From Marsupella aquatica (taxonomy: Eukaryota; Plantae; Marchantiophyta), in NCBI GenBank assembly GCA_973895155.1, contig OZ316891.1, forward strand, positions 14,415,037 to 14,479,036: a stretch of DNA of 64,000 nt. The letters are read 5' to 3'. The translations under genes and the position numbers were made by a program. The notes beneath the pieces were generated by a model. It had not been told where the DNA came from. It saw only the letters and a list, made by a program, of their open reading frames with translations, and did not search any database. Position 1 is the first letter of the stretch. Each line of letters begins with the position of its first letter. This document shows positions 47,938-61,370 of this stretch, piece by piece.

Positions 47938-49797
47938 TATTACAAGGCTGATGGACACACAAGAAGCAAAAAAGAGAACCGTGTTGAGGACTACAAATTC
48001 TGTTTTTCAGAGCACAATCTGAAGAGCCAGTAATGCAACAACTACTTTGGCTGAGGTTTCACAACTCCACTAACCTTAACAACCAGGGCCAGTCAAAGGC
48101 AACTTGAAAGATACCCACAACTAAACGTTGAAGATTGTGTTAGGAGTTGACTCGAGTTCCCGACTATAGTCTTACTAGGCTTAATTAACCCTTACTTAGA
48201 TTATGATAAGGTCCGCTTACTTTTATTACCCATTGTAGAGTATTGATTGGAGGACGGACATTCTCTGCCTCATTGCATGTACTCTCATGAACTATGGATC
48301 TTTAAGGAGTTAATTTTCCATCACGGTGTCTTGTTGGTGTAGTATGAGATGGAGTTCACTCTCATGTCAGTTTGGCATTTTATTGTCAAGTCTGAGTCAA
48401 TGGTTTCTTACAAATTGTTGGGGAAAAAAACTCACATATACTAAGTTTGGAGCTGTGGTGGTAGACCCCTAAATTTGCCTATGAAACTTATATATTGTAG
48501 TGGAAGTGAATTTCTCACAACACTTGCGTGAAATTTCATTTTTGGGGGTTTCTAAAGAACATCACAAGGAACCTAAAGCCCGGATGGATAAGCTTGTAAA
48601 CTATATGACCCACATGGACCATGAGATCTTTTGAACTCGTTCACACTCTTTGCACTTCCAAATGTTGTTGATCGACAAGCATTGTACCTTCAATCTATAC
48701 TTTGATGTGCAGCAGAATCATTTGTTTTGGGTGATTGAGAATGGTTTGGAAAAGTCTTTCCAACAAGTCTAAAATTGAGAGAGCCATAAATTTTCAAAGA
48801 TTACCCATGCACTCTACACTCTTCCTGGTTCCCAAAACTTTTAATATCACACTTTGAAATTCATTTTCTCCCTTGACATGTTATGATCATCTAAATTGGC
48901 TGTCTTGAGTTAGATTCAAACAACTTGGAATGATCTTTCCAGCTAGTTTGATATAACAATTTTAAATTACAAATTGAGAGCATGACTGTCCCGTTTGATC
49001 TTATAGTTCCCTCCAACGATGGCTATCCTACTTTATCTTACAGTTCACTCCCCTGTGTTATATGTATCATCTGAGCAGAGAAAAAAGTTTTGCTGGTGCA
49101 AAACTCCACCCAAACCTTTTTGGCAAACTTGGAGGTCCATGCGTGCTTCAACTTCTTTGCACAAGTTCAGAATTTTTTGGAACCAGACAAGGGTTTTCAG
49201 TGACACAATCTCCTCAAATGCTCTAAAAATCAGGTAGAAGATAATGGTGGTGTGGTCTGGAGTTACTAGCCAATTCTGTGACTAGAAAGTGAAGAAATTA
49301 AACTTGACCAGTGGTAGTTGAAAAGTTTTTCTAAGCTCTCTTGGAGCAGTGTTCAGGCTAGAACACCTTCTCAGATTTTTCTCTTAGTATCTACAACTAT
49401 AATACAGGATCCCGCCTTTCTTCGTCCTTCGTCCCAATACAAAAATGCTCATGGGCGGGAAAGATCCACAGCCGTTGGATTTGATTGAATGTTTTCCCTG
49501 ACCATTGATGGAGGAAATGTGCACCCCTGGCACGTATGTGATTCCCGCTGCCCCATAGATGCCCTCGCCTGACTCCCTATGGGCCAGCCCTCCTTGCGGC
49601 GTGCAGCGCACAGGCATAGGGCTCGTTTTGCCAATAAAAATGTTCTAATTGACAATACTACCACAGTTGATGAACTTGTATCAATATATGAAACAGTGAC
49701 ATATATGCAAATACAACAGTAAAAACAATGATAACATTATAAATTCAAACATATTTAGTGACGTACACTTGTATTAAAAAATCACTCAGTCAATTAT

Positions 49798-50180
49798 GAG
49801 AATAATGCCCTCACAACTTGGGGTTATGCCCCCTGGATTTTTGGTGGCATTATCTCACAAAGCCCTCTACCCAGCACAATAGTGGGGTTAGGGCCCTGGT
49901 TTTTTGAATAATGCCCCTCACAACTTGGGGTTAGGGCCCTGGCATTTCTGGGGCATTATCTCACAACGGCCCTCTCACCAGCACAATAGTGGGGTTAGGG
50001 CCCTGGTTGTTTGGGGCATTATCTCACCACGCCCTCTAACTAGCACAACAGTGGGGTTAGGGCCCTGGTATTTTTGGGGGCATTATCTCACAAGGCCCTC
50101 TCTAACCAGCACAATAGTGGGGTTAGGGCCCTGGTTTTGGGTGGCATTATCTCACAACGCCCTCTAACCAGGGCATTATG
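49798..50180. repeat. Tandem array, ~6 x 43-65 bp (ggggttagggccctgg...gggcattatctcacaa.gccctct..ccagcacaatagt)
   Basis: Copies start near 49820, 49884, 49927, 49991, 50053 and 50118. The array ends ataatgccc / gggcattat are mutually inverted. Confidence 0.9.
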
Positions 50181-50304
50181 CTATTCAAGAAGAACTCCCT
50201 GAGAGAGCAAGATAGAAGAGTACTGTAGTGCGTTATGCAAAAGCAAGAAGGAAGGAAGGAAGGAAGAATGTGGATTGACTATGCCCGAAAGAGGGAGGAG
50301 CGGA

Positions 50305-50313
50305 AAACCCTAA
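50305..50313 (+). promoter_or_regulatory. Telo-box (AAACCCTAA) in the UBP14 promoter/5' leader
   Basis: Exact motif ~460 bp upstream of the ATG. Function is inferred. Confidence 0.4.
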
Positions 50314-50773
50314 AATAGTATCAGAATGTATTAGAAAAGAAGGCTCCAATGTCTTCCAATTGATCGAAGAGAAGTGAAGGGAAGGGAAGTGAAGGGCAGC
50401 GTAGATTCCATTGATTGCTCCGGACGGAAGGGAGGAGAGAGCGCGCACGAGGGTTTGGAGTCACACAATCGAAGGAAATGCGAGCTGTTCTTTCCATCTT
50501 GGATCTCATTGCATTACAGGAAGGTACCCGTCGTCGAAAAATGGATGGGTCCAACGCCCAAGATGAGAGCAAAATCAATTTGTAGTGCCAGATTCTGTCT
50601 GATGGACACTGGTGCCTAGACGGGCTCTCAATCCAACCAGAGCAAGCACAGCGTGAATGAATTGAATTGAATGGAATAGGTTGCATGTGAACCAGTGAAG
50701 TTCTGTAGCGAAAGCAGCTGCTTCCTCTCGCCACTCCGTACCTTCAGCCAACGGACGGCCGGAAGGGTGGACG

Positions 50774-53700
50774 ATGGGTGCCACTGCAGCTATGGAGCTA
50801 CTGCGGGCACACATGCACCGCGTGCGCATCCCCGAGCCTTCCAACCGAATCTACAAGCAGGAGTGTTGTATATCATTTCAAACTCCGGTGAAATTTCGGC
50901 CTCAGACCTCTTCGAATTCTGTGTATATATATTTGCATTTGGGGCATGTATGAGAGTACAGTACTGATCCTGTGATAACTGAAACGCTCGCGCGAAAGTT
51001 CTCTTGAGTTCGGATCGTCGCCCGCTGCTGTTGTATGGTTCTCATCGAGCAAGATCCTCGTATAGAGTGCTCTGCCCCCACGATTATTTGGGGAAAGATT
51101 CAGAAACTGTAGGAATGTCATCGAGACCGGACATCCTGACAATTGCCTGTGACGAGATAGCGTTGGCGTTTCCTGTTTTTCTTGCAATGTTCACACCTGC
51201 AGACCGTATCTCTCCTTGTTCCGTGGACTGGTATTACAATTCTGGGTACCGCCTCAGTTGTGGATAATAGTTTGAATTCAATTCGTAGGTAGGTCGTGTG
51301 GAGTGGCTGTAGGGTTGTCAAAAGTATGACGGTTCTACTCATCGCTTGCATTATGTTTCCAGTGTTTTTAAAGCAAATGTGATCGATCTTAGCCTCAAAA
51401 ACACTACGAAACTCCTTACTATCTGTCTTCTTTAGCTAGCGCTGTATCTCCAGGGAAGGGATACATTGTTCACAGAGATTTTGTGCTAGTAATAAGAGAT
51501 ACTACTCTGATGGTTGTCGAGCCGTACCAGGATCATGTCGTCGTCTCCTACTTGCAATTTAAAACTTCACACCGATTGTAGTGATTAAACCCGTTCTCTT
51601 GGTCTTCGAGACTGTCCAGTTCTGTTTAGTTAGGAATATTAATGATTATACGGTCTCATTCGGAGTAAGGTCTGGGAGCGACTTGTAGCAGTTATCGTCG
51701 TTGATGAACAACGAGCTAACTTCATAATAAATGCTCAGGGAAATTTCAGCAGACGTCGATTAGCTGAACTGTGACTACTGTGACTCGAGTTTAGTAGTAT
51801 TTTATGTTTACAGTACCTGTCCACAGAAATCCTGTGATTCCTGATGTGGTCTACGCATCATGAAATTATTAAGAATGGGACCCCACGACCTCCCTTATAT
51901 CTGAGCTTACAGGGTCCCATCTGTATTCATTATGTTTTCCGGTGCACACTGACACTCGGAGGTAGCCGAGGAGCTTAAACCTCTGCCACTAAAGAGCCTT
52001 AGAAACGTTCTACAGAAACGCTTGAAGTCAGGACGCTCTTGAAAGTGGTGCGGTACCTGCGCGTTTCTTTGATATACTTGAAGATCTAATTACCTCCTTC
52101 CGACATTTTGTAATTCCCATTTAAAATTCCTGTGGATAGAGCAAGATGCAAGATGGATTTCCTTTGCTGTCCCTTCGGACGTTTTGCAGGCGGGTGACGA
52201 TGTCTTCTCGACACTTTAGGGCAGCATAAATGATATTATTTAATACAATTTAAAATGCCAACATTTTGCATTTAATGCGTATTTGCCAACGTCGCTTGGA
52301 TTTTCATGCCAGTAGGCAGTTAAGTACTGAAGTATCGTAATAATTTTTTCGTGGGCTCGTTGCTCTTTTGTGCAGAGGTCTGAAGGAGGGCTGTTTGTGG
52401 ATCTGAATTCTTTCCTTGCCTTCGGACGGGAGTATGTGATGTGGAATTATGAAAAGACGGGGAACCCAGTGTATTTGAATATCAAGGAGACTTCAAAGCC
52501 AATCAACGAGAATCGGCCACATAAGAAACCGACACTGCTGGCCATAGGTATAATTTCAAATATGATTATGATCTTTCATATGGGTATCTGCAATGAACTC
52601 CCATGATCTACCACTTCTTCATGCGCTTTATTTTGAATTAATATATGTGTTTCTTCCCCGGGATTTTTCACGGTAATACATCGACGACGGAGGATATCTT
52701 CGAGCACGGCGTTTCAGCATTTACTTTGGATGTCCCAAACCGCATGTCAATAGAGGGCCTCATTAACAGGACATCTTGGACCTATTTAATTGAATTCATC
52801 TCCAATGAAAGAGGCTAATCTCGAACGAGCTTAAATGTTCGTTATTGTTTCAGACTCTTATTCTAGGGTTCTTCTGCTAGTGCAAAGGTTAGGATATTTA
52901 GAGTGGAAGTTGCAGAGAAGAGAAAATTCCCACAGCAACTCTCTTGACCATCAATTGTGTGGGACCACGTTCAGGTATTGATGGTGGATATGATCCAAAA
53001 GAAATTGAGTATGAGGAGTCCTACAACATTGTAATCCTGCCAGAATTTCTCACCCTCCCCTTCCCTAATGTGGAGTTGCCTGAAAAGGTAGACCAGCAGC
53101 CTGGACAAATTGCTGTGAAAATTTCTTCGTGTCTTGCCTTTATCTTACATGAGAACGTGCCCAGCTCTGTTTGATCTGTGATTCGTCTTGGTAGTGGTTT
53201 AGGAACCCTAGCGTGTTCGATGCTTAACACTTTACTTTGCAGCAAAACATGAGGACCTTTAAACTCCTATCAGGGTGTAAATTTTATTTCAATTCCATAA
53301 AGTGCAGGTCAGGATAGCAGTAGACGGTGTGCTGGCGGCAGTAGGGGCTGAACGCAAGGAGCAGGTGTCCGCTTGGACAGCCGACAAGAAGCAAGTCAGT
53401 GCATATGCAGAAAGTTTGCAGCAGCTTCACAATGGTGTGAGGGTGTTACCATCAGGTTGGAAGTGTTCACAGTGCGACAAGACGGACAATTTGTGGTTGA
53501 ACCTAACGGACGGCATGATATTTTGTGGGAGGAGAAACTGGGATGGTAGTGGGGGGAACAACCATGCCATCGAGCACTACATTGAAACAAATTATCCTCT
53601 AGCAGTCAAACTGGGGACAATTACAGCTGATTTAGAGGCAGCAGGTACTTCTTGGTCAATTCAGTGATACAATGTGTTTAGGAATTGCGAAACTGTTGTG

Positions 53701-56700
53701 GTTTGTCCATATCGGTTGTGTGACAGTTTATGACACGGACTTCTGACGAGATTAGTAGACTGGTCTTGTGAGAAAGTGTACTTGGACCATGATGGTGCTT
53801 ATTTTGAACTAGCGACTGGATGGATCCTGGGTAAAAGATGAATTTCATAAAAAGGATGTCACGTTCTGATGCTTGGATGGGAGCATGTTTGTAAGCTGCT
53901 GCAGGCCTTGTTTTTCTCAACTGAATAGTTGGTGTTGCTGATAAGTAGATGTGTACTCTTATCCGGAGGATGATACTGTCGAAGACCCTTATTTGGCACA
54001 GCACCTTGAACATTTTGGTATCGACTTTTCTGTTCTCAAGAAAGTAAGAACCGCTCCCAAATTTCTCCCCCCAGAACGGTCCAATTAGTTCGATTCCTCG
54101 CCATACTCCGATGACTTACGAAAGCACTTCACAACTGCAGACGGAGATGACAACAGCTGAGAGAGAGCTTGATCAGAACGTGAATTTCGATTGGAATCGA
54201 ATACAAGAGAAGGGCAAGGAATTACAACCTTTATTTGGACCAGGCTACACCGGTCTTGCAAACCTTGGTAACAGGTCTGATATTCAGTTCTTACAAAATT
54301 GCACTCGCAATGTTAAATTCAGGGTTTGTTGGCCATCACATTTGGGCTATCAATCTCTCCCAACTTGCTGGTGGCCAACGTACAGGTACCGGTGGAAGTG
54401 CTCTTTGATGTTTGTGAAAAGGTCTATCGGTTGGTAACAACCTAAGGTCTGAACTTGTTTTGGGTTGGCTCTGTTGGCAGTTGCTACCTTGCTTCGGTTG
54501 TGCAAGCGGTCTTCTCAACAAAAGATTTCCAAAATAGGTGAGCAGCTGAACTATGTTCATCATACAGGTATCATATCTGCTTGGCGCAATAGCTGATCAA
54601 TGAACTGCTCTGATTTATCTGAATATAAGAATATTCTGGACTGATTCATTAAAACGCGTTCTTCTGTGTAGCTACTACAATAGCCTCAAGTTGGATGAAG
54701 TCTTTCAACGAGCCCCAGCCGACCCAACCCTGGATTTAAATACGCAGCTGTCAGTGACTTGTTAAAACTCTATGCCTCTACCAGATAATGAGAAATTGTT
54801 TGCTAATCCCAGTTGGGTTTCTAGTTGATGGGGATTTCGAACTGGTGACTAGTGTGTAGAGGACTTTCTTAGGGAAGCTCCTGTGATTGGTTTTGTTCAT
54901 GCATTGGATACGGTCTTTTACTATATTCTGATCTTCTCATACTTTTTGTGGAATCTACCATCAGGGCCAAGCTAGCCCATGGAATACTTTCTGGAGAATA
55001 TTCTTCTCCTCGAGAACAGGTGTGTCTCAATCTTGTTTGTCAAATTTTGGACAAATATGAAGATCGAATGAATTTTAAGGAAAAGAATGACGATTATGTT
55101 GTTATTATAAAACGAAATCAGTGCTCAACAAGGAATGTAGGTAGACATAAGTTGTTGCGAAACTTTCATAGGGAGTAAAGATGGACGTTTCAAGTATGTG
55201 GTAGATTAGGCCTGTAATGATTTCTCTCGAGATATTGAGATCTCATTAAAGTTTTGCTAGATAGTCATTCACTACTAGCTAGGAATCATTTTAGAAAGTT
55301 AGGTTCTGCGTCCCGGTGAGCATCGAGTCCACTAATGGAGTGTGTTTGCCTCGTTACATTTGTTATGAGAATTCTGAATCTGACCCTTCTGTTCGTGTCG
55401 ATTCTTAGGTTGCTGAGAGAGATGTTGCAGATGATGGGGATGGAAAACTTGTATGTTTCTGCGCCCATGATGGTCACCCATGATGGTCAATGTGGGTGTA
55501 AGTGGCTGTGTGCATGATATACATGGTTCTTGCTATCCTGTTCACTAAGAAATGAATCGAACTTTAGGATTTCGGGTTTAGGGTTTATTTCCAACTCTTA
55601 ATTCAGTCGGTATTGTTATCCCTGACCTAATCATTGCACCTGAGTTCAAGTTATTTCCTGGTCTTTTTCTCGGTCTACAACCTTCCCGCGGTGAGTATCT
55701 GAAGAACGGAATCTAACTTTGATGTAATGCCCGGCTGGAAGCTTTTCTAGTTTGCTCTTCCCTGTCCCATCTCACTAAAGAAAGCATCTGATTTGTTGAT
55801 GTTCCAAAAGTGTAAAATTCTAGATCAAGATACTGTAGTGAAGTGATTTCATACAGCCACTTTTAGCTTAGTGTCGTGTCATGCACAATTTATCTGCCTT
55901 TTATGCGCATTTATGCCCCTCGGATTGCTCGATAAAATTGTAGTTCCTTAAATGCCATCTTACTGCATTGGAATTGAACGGCTAACGAGAAAAAAGGTGG
56001 ACAGTACGATATTCTGACCCTTGCTGTGATTGTGATGCAGGTTCAGGAGGGGATTCCTCCTCGCATGTTCAAATCTTTAATTGGAGCCGGACACCCCGAG
56101 TTTGCCAGTGCTAGGCAACAGGTGCTGATTCTGGACAGACATCGAAGGAATGAGGGATGGGGTTGTTGAACTGGTGAAATTTGGAGATGTGGCCCTGGCT
56201 TTGTTTTAGTGGAACTTGTTCATCACTTTGATTCTTGTAACAGTTCGTTGCATCCTGGTCTTCTGCGTTTGTCTGTTTATGTAAACGGTGTCGAATTCCT
56301 TTCCAATTTCTTTAGTATATAACAAAATGGAATGCTTTACCTCAACCCCACCAGCGGCACTGAAATATTCTGTAGCCCATTTCACCTTTTTGTGCATAGA
56401 TATGTGGCTTCGTTTTCTTAATATAGTAATGTGCTTGTGTTACCAGGATGCTTTGGAATTCTTTCAACATTTTTTGGAGCAAGTAGACAGAAGCTATGCG
56501 TCGAGTCCTCTTGAAGATCCGTCCCGCTGCTTCAAGTTTTGTGTTGAGGAACGGATTCTTTGCTCTTCCTCTAAACAAGTGAGATACACAAGAAAGGTTG
56601 ATAATGTGCTATCGCTAAGCATTCCTCTGCAAGATGCTGTGAATAAAGGTAAGCCTGCATCATGAAGGGTGTGTTTTATGAAAAGTGTTAGTAAGTTTTT

Positions 56701-59191
56701 AAAATGAGTTTAGTATGTTTTCCGAGCTTGTATGTCGTGAAGCGTAGTTTTGAAGATAATATGTCTCTTGGCAGATGAGTTCTTTGCGTATCAAACGAAA
56801 AAGGCCGAGAAGGAGCAAGCCGGAGAGAAGTTGTAAGACTGTACTTCCGAATTTCCTCAATTTCGTACATCAAACAAGTTTTCGCTAGGGGGTCTGGATA
56901 TGCTGATTCTGAGATGATAAGTTTGCCGTTCCATGAATTTAGGCATTAAGCTTTGTCAAAGTTACTTTAAATCTGCACTCCTGATCTCAACAGATAATCG
57001 GTCGAACGAATGCATGTCAAGAGCATTCTCATGATTCTCAGGGCCTGACCTGTCGACAACGCATTTTTGCAGGGATGATGAAGAAATCATTCGTCCTAGA
57101 GTTCCTTTGGCAGCGTGTCTCGAAAATTTCTTTGCTCCAGAAGAAGTACAAGACTTCTATAGTACTGCAACAAAGTCCAGGACAACTGCAATCAAGTAAT
57201 CAGCGTCACTTGTCATTGGGCGATAGTGAGAGACAAGTGAAATGTGATGGATAATGTGCAGAACCATAGAGAGTTTGGTCGTTAACTATGCTGATTGGTT
57301 GCATTGGTGAGGAGTAAGGTATTATGAGTTGGATAATAAGATTTTCTAATGCTCTTATGGTGAAATGTCTTAGGACTACAAGATTGGCAACTTTTCCCGA
57401 CTATTTGGTCCTTCATATGCGCAAATTCGTCCTTGATGATGGTTGGGTACCAAAGAAATTAGGTATCACCCTTGACAGACTTCTTCTGTCAATTTCAAGG
57501 TGCTCTTTGTTCCATGTTATCATTATTTGGTTTATTTAGCTGTTAGGTGGCGTGTCAGTGGGTCTGATGAACATAACCGGGATGTTTTGCAGATGTTTTT
57601 GTGGATGTCCCAGATGAGATTGACATCAGTCGTATGCGTGGTACGGGGTTGCAACCTGGCGAAGAACTTCTACCAGAAACTGGAGGTAATTGTTCCATCA
57701 AACTATGTCCTCTTCTGGTAACATTTACTCTGGGGCAATTCTATAAAATGCTCGTCATTGTCAAGACCCTTGGTCTTCCTCTTTGTGTCAGGTCCTTGGG
57801 CATATAATCTTTGTGCACTGTGTATATCAGTTCATTACTGTCATATTAGGAGGATCTAGGAAGAGTAAATAGACATGTTAAAGTTCTATACTTCTTACGC
57901 TGGGTTCCTTTCCTAACCTATTTCTTGAATCATTTATTTGCACTTAATTGCATTGTGAATGATTACGTAATTCAGTCATCCCTGTTTTATGCAGACGAAT
58001 CACAGGATGTTGGTCCATCTGCCAATGAGGACATTGTGGCCCAACTCACAGACATGGGTTTTCCACGAGTTCGATGTGAAAAAGCTGCTCTCAACACTTT
58101 GAATGCTGGTGTGGAGGAAGCCATGAACTGGCTGTTGGCCCACATGGATGATCCAGGTACACGTCTTCATGATTGTACGGGGTACTATTGGTCATAAGAA
58201 GCGGAACTGCTCTAGTATTTCATTGTGAGTCTACTTGAGAAGTGCACGGTTTCTCGCTTATTAGTCCGGAAAGTGTTCCAAAAGGTTGAATGTTGTCTGA
58301 CGGTGGACCTGATGGCACTTGCACAATCATTTGCAGATATTGATTTTCCTATCAGCTCAGGACACAAAAAAATTCCTCCCAAACACGAATATGATGAGGT
58401 TCATGTTGAGACTTTGATCGCGTTTGGATTTCCAGCAGATGTTGCGCGGAAAGCTTTAAAAGTCACAGTAAGTTTTAAAACTCTCTTGAGTGAGATATTT
58501 GACATTGCCAGTTTTTCTAGAGAGCCATACTGATATAAAGGACTCCAGGGCATTTGGTTTGTTTCCTCAAATTTGGTTTTATCAGATTACCGTAAAATAT
58601 CAAATAACAAGGTTTTGTATAGGGAGGAGATGTGGAAAGAGCAGCTGAGTGGATTTGCACCCATCCGGATGATGCTACTGCAATGGAGCTGGATGTCAGT
58701 ACCGCCAGTGAATCAACCCCTGCACCTGGGCTAAACTTACCAGATGGCCCAGGAAGTAAGTGTTCAACAATTGTTGCCAAGCTCTGCAATCATTCTCGGT
58801 CTCAAAATAGACAATATGAAAGAGCATATGAAAGACAATACTCTGAGGAATTGTATGGGAAATAGTCCCAATTCTTATGGATGGATCTTTCGTTTAGCAA
58901 AACTAACTACTGCGATATTGACATCTCTGTAATCACATATTCGAGAGTGAGCGAATGTTTTGATGAAGCGAGTGGGTGATCTTAATTTGCATTGTTCTGT
59001 GCTTTAATGCAGAGTATCAGCTTCTTGCATTCATAAGCCATATGGGGACATCAACTCAGAGTGGACACTACGTTGTCCATGTCAAGAAAGAAGGCCATTG
59101 GGTAATCTACAATGACAATAAAGTTGCAATGTCAGGAGATCCCCCAAAGGACATGGGTTACCTGTACTTTTTCCAACGTTGTGATCTTTGA
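50774..59191 (+). CDS. UBP14: Ubiquitin carboxyl-terminal hydrolase 14 (USP5/isopeptidase T ortholog), ~815 aa, 20 exons
   Basis: Exons start at 50774, 52376, 52975, 53308, 53949, 54141, 54481, 54672, 54965, 55409, 56041, 56447, 56775, 57073, 57374, 57593, 57995, 58337, 58623 and 59013 (2448 nt). [20 protein letters not shown]; zf-UBP C..C...[25 protein letters not shown]; Cys box GLANLGNSCY; RQQDALEF; two UBA domains; His box [16 protein letters not shown]. Confidence 0.97.
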
Positions 59192-60419
59192 CCTATTGAA
59201 TATTCATTCAAAGGATCGGCTGCAATTAGGCCAATTCTGATCCAGATGCAGGTAGATGGACGTGAATTTTTAGTGAGAAGTAGAACATCACATTGATTCA
59301 GGTGGAGGCTGTCTCCTAATTACGAAGATAGGCTCTCCACTAAGGTGTTGTGCAGGTTCTCCCACGGGTGAGTCGCTCACGTGTCTGTTGTAAACGTGGG
59401 ATGGAAAGCAATTTTGGCTTTGCGATGTGTCCTGGATGCATGTCAAAGCAGCTAATCGTAATAGATTCCGGAAAACCAACCTGAACTCGGACTTGACATT
59501 TGGCGCGTTTTGACATGATTGATGCACCTTGGGACCAGTGAATTGTTAGAAAACCCACCGAAAGCTATTCTTGCGCTCCAATGCTTAATTGCTTGCTACC
59601 TGGCGGATAGATTCCCTGTACGGGAACCGTGTATAAGAAAACCCCACCATCGAAAGAAAAACTGGGAAAATTCAACAGGTGCATATGTACCTGATCCAGA
59701 AATCCGCTTTTCGACCACGATACCTATTTACCGAGTTATACATCTGGATATCTAACTTGGTGGCCTTCCAAGCCTGTCTCGTTCCCATACCGTGTAGTGG
59801 GCGTTTGTCACTACAGTGAGGTAAATAGAAGTGGGTAAAGCTTATCCTCACTACAGGCCTCACCAAAACAAGTTGGCAAATCAGCGATGATGCACTGCAG
59901 TAGTTGACTGCAGGGAGGTTTAGACTTGAATGGAGTGCACTCACTTTTCCATGAGATTGGAGCATCTGATGGACATTATCATCTGTGATACTACCCTTTT
60001 CTCTACATGGTCTGGATACAAAATGACCTTCTCGTCCAATACTTATTGGCCATTGGATCAAGGTCTTTTTTTCCCTGATCCTGAGATGCCATGAACTTGC
60101 ACCTTGTACACAATCGACATGCTAACCTTTCAAACCTTGTGCACCCCATGAGCCTTGTGTGCGGAAGTGTCAGGTGCCATAGCCGCCTTCTGGACTGAAT
60201 GCCTGGCTGTGACAGCAGGCAGCCTCCCTTCCTGCCACCTTCAATTCAATAGCGTGTTCCACTAGTCCAAAACTGCTCCTTCCACCAACCTCTCCTTGCG
60301 CAGGCCCACCCTCTCCTTGTGCTGTCCATCCTTTAGCCATCATTCCACCCCCACATTTGAAACCTCAATGACAACATGGGGCCAAAATGAAAGCACTTCA
60401 GGAGTATAGAGACGGCCTC

Positions 60420-61370
60420 ATAGCATTGCACATGGTTTCTATAACTTTCTGGAGTTTATCCCCCAAAGAACAACACTTCTGCAACCATTGACAACACTTC
60501 CAATTGAAAACACTTTTGCAATAATGACATAGCTGCAATGACAAGCCGAATAACAACCCTTTTGCTAGACAAGCACTACCGTAATGATGGTCTGACCACA
60601 AATGAAAACACTTTTGCACTCACAACACAGCCAAAACAATAACACCACCAGAATGTCCAGAGACCTATTATTGCAATGCTTCCACCAGAACAAATCAAGT
60701 AATGATGTGAGGAAAAAGGGAGAATAATGTTAGTGACAAAATTTTTGCTAGTGATGCAAGGAAATCATTATTAGCAAGGGAATTATTGTTAGCTTCTTTG
60801 CTAACAATAAAAATTATCCTCTCAACAATGTAATTTGCATATTTAAGGTCATCAATATTGCTAACTACCTTGTTAACGATAAAAAAAACTTTGCTTAGTG
60901 TGAGCAACAAATCTACTCATATGAGAAAATCACTCACTTTGTTAAATACCTCCACAAGAACAAGGCTGCAATGATGATATGGCAAAAGGACAATACTTAC
61001 ACAACCACACCAATGACACTTTTGCAACAATAACACAACCATGATACCAAAATGTTTGCAACATGACCGCATTAACTCCACAATTGAAATGATAGCACTT
61101 TCAACAATAATAACCCACCCAGGATGACAACAATTTCCCAACAACACTGGGCCACAACTATGAACTAGCCAAGTTGAAGACACTTTCACAACAAAAATAC
61201 AGCAACAATGATGACCCGGCCAAAACAGCAATTCTTCTGGAAGTACAATTAAACATGGCTGCACTAAAGATGCAGCCAAACCGGTAAAACTCTCGCAACA
61301 ATAACAAAGTCGCACCAAGCACATAACCACAATGATGATAAGTGTGGAACACACAAGCATTGTGCTAGGA
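60420..61370. repeat. Degenerate CAA/ACA-rich low-complexity repeat region with an AT-rich foldback insert (~60705-60955)
   Basis: Recurrent tgaaaacacttttgca / caacaataac motifs. Perfect 11-bp stem ttattgttagc / gctaacaataa at 60783-60810. Confidence 0.5.

Noticed and set aside
47152-48150. Possible decayed transposase or BED-finger remnant (SLQCKY...)
   Set aside because: No diagnostic motif survives and there are many stops, so it cannot be supported without a profile search.
49798-50180. CRISPR-like or telomeric array
   Set aside because: The whole unit repeats with no unique spacers, there are no cas genes, the context is eukaryotic, and TTAGGG is not tandemly iterated.
1491-59191. Functional link between the ubiquitin fragments and UBP14
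   Set aside because: They are ~50 kb apart with unrelated genes between and the fragments are dead, so co-occurrence is probably chance.
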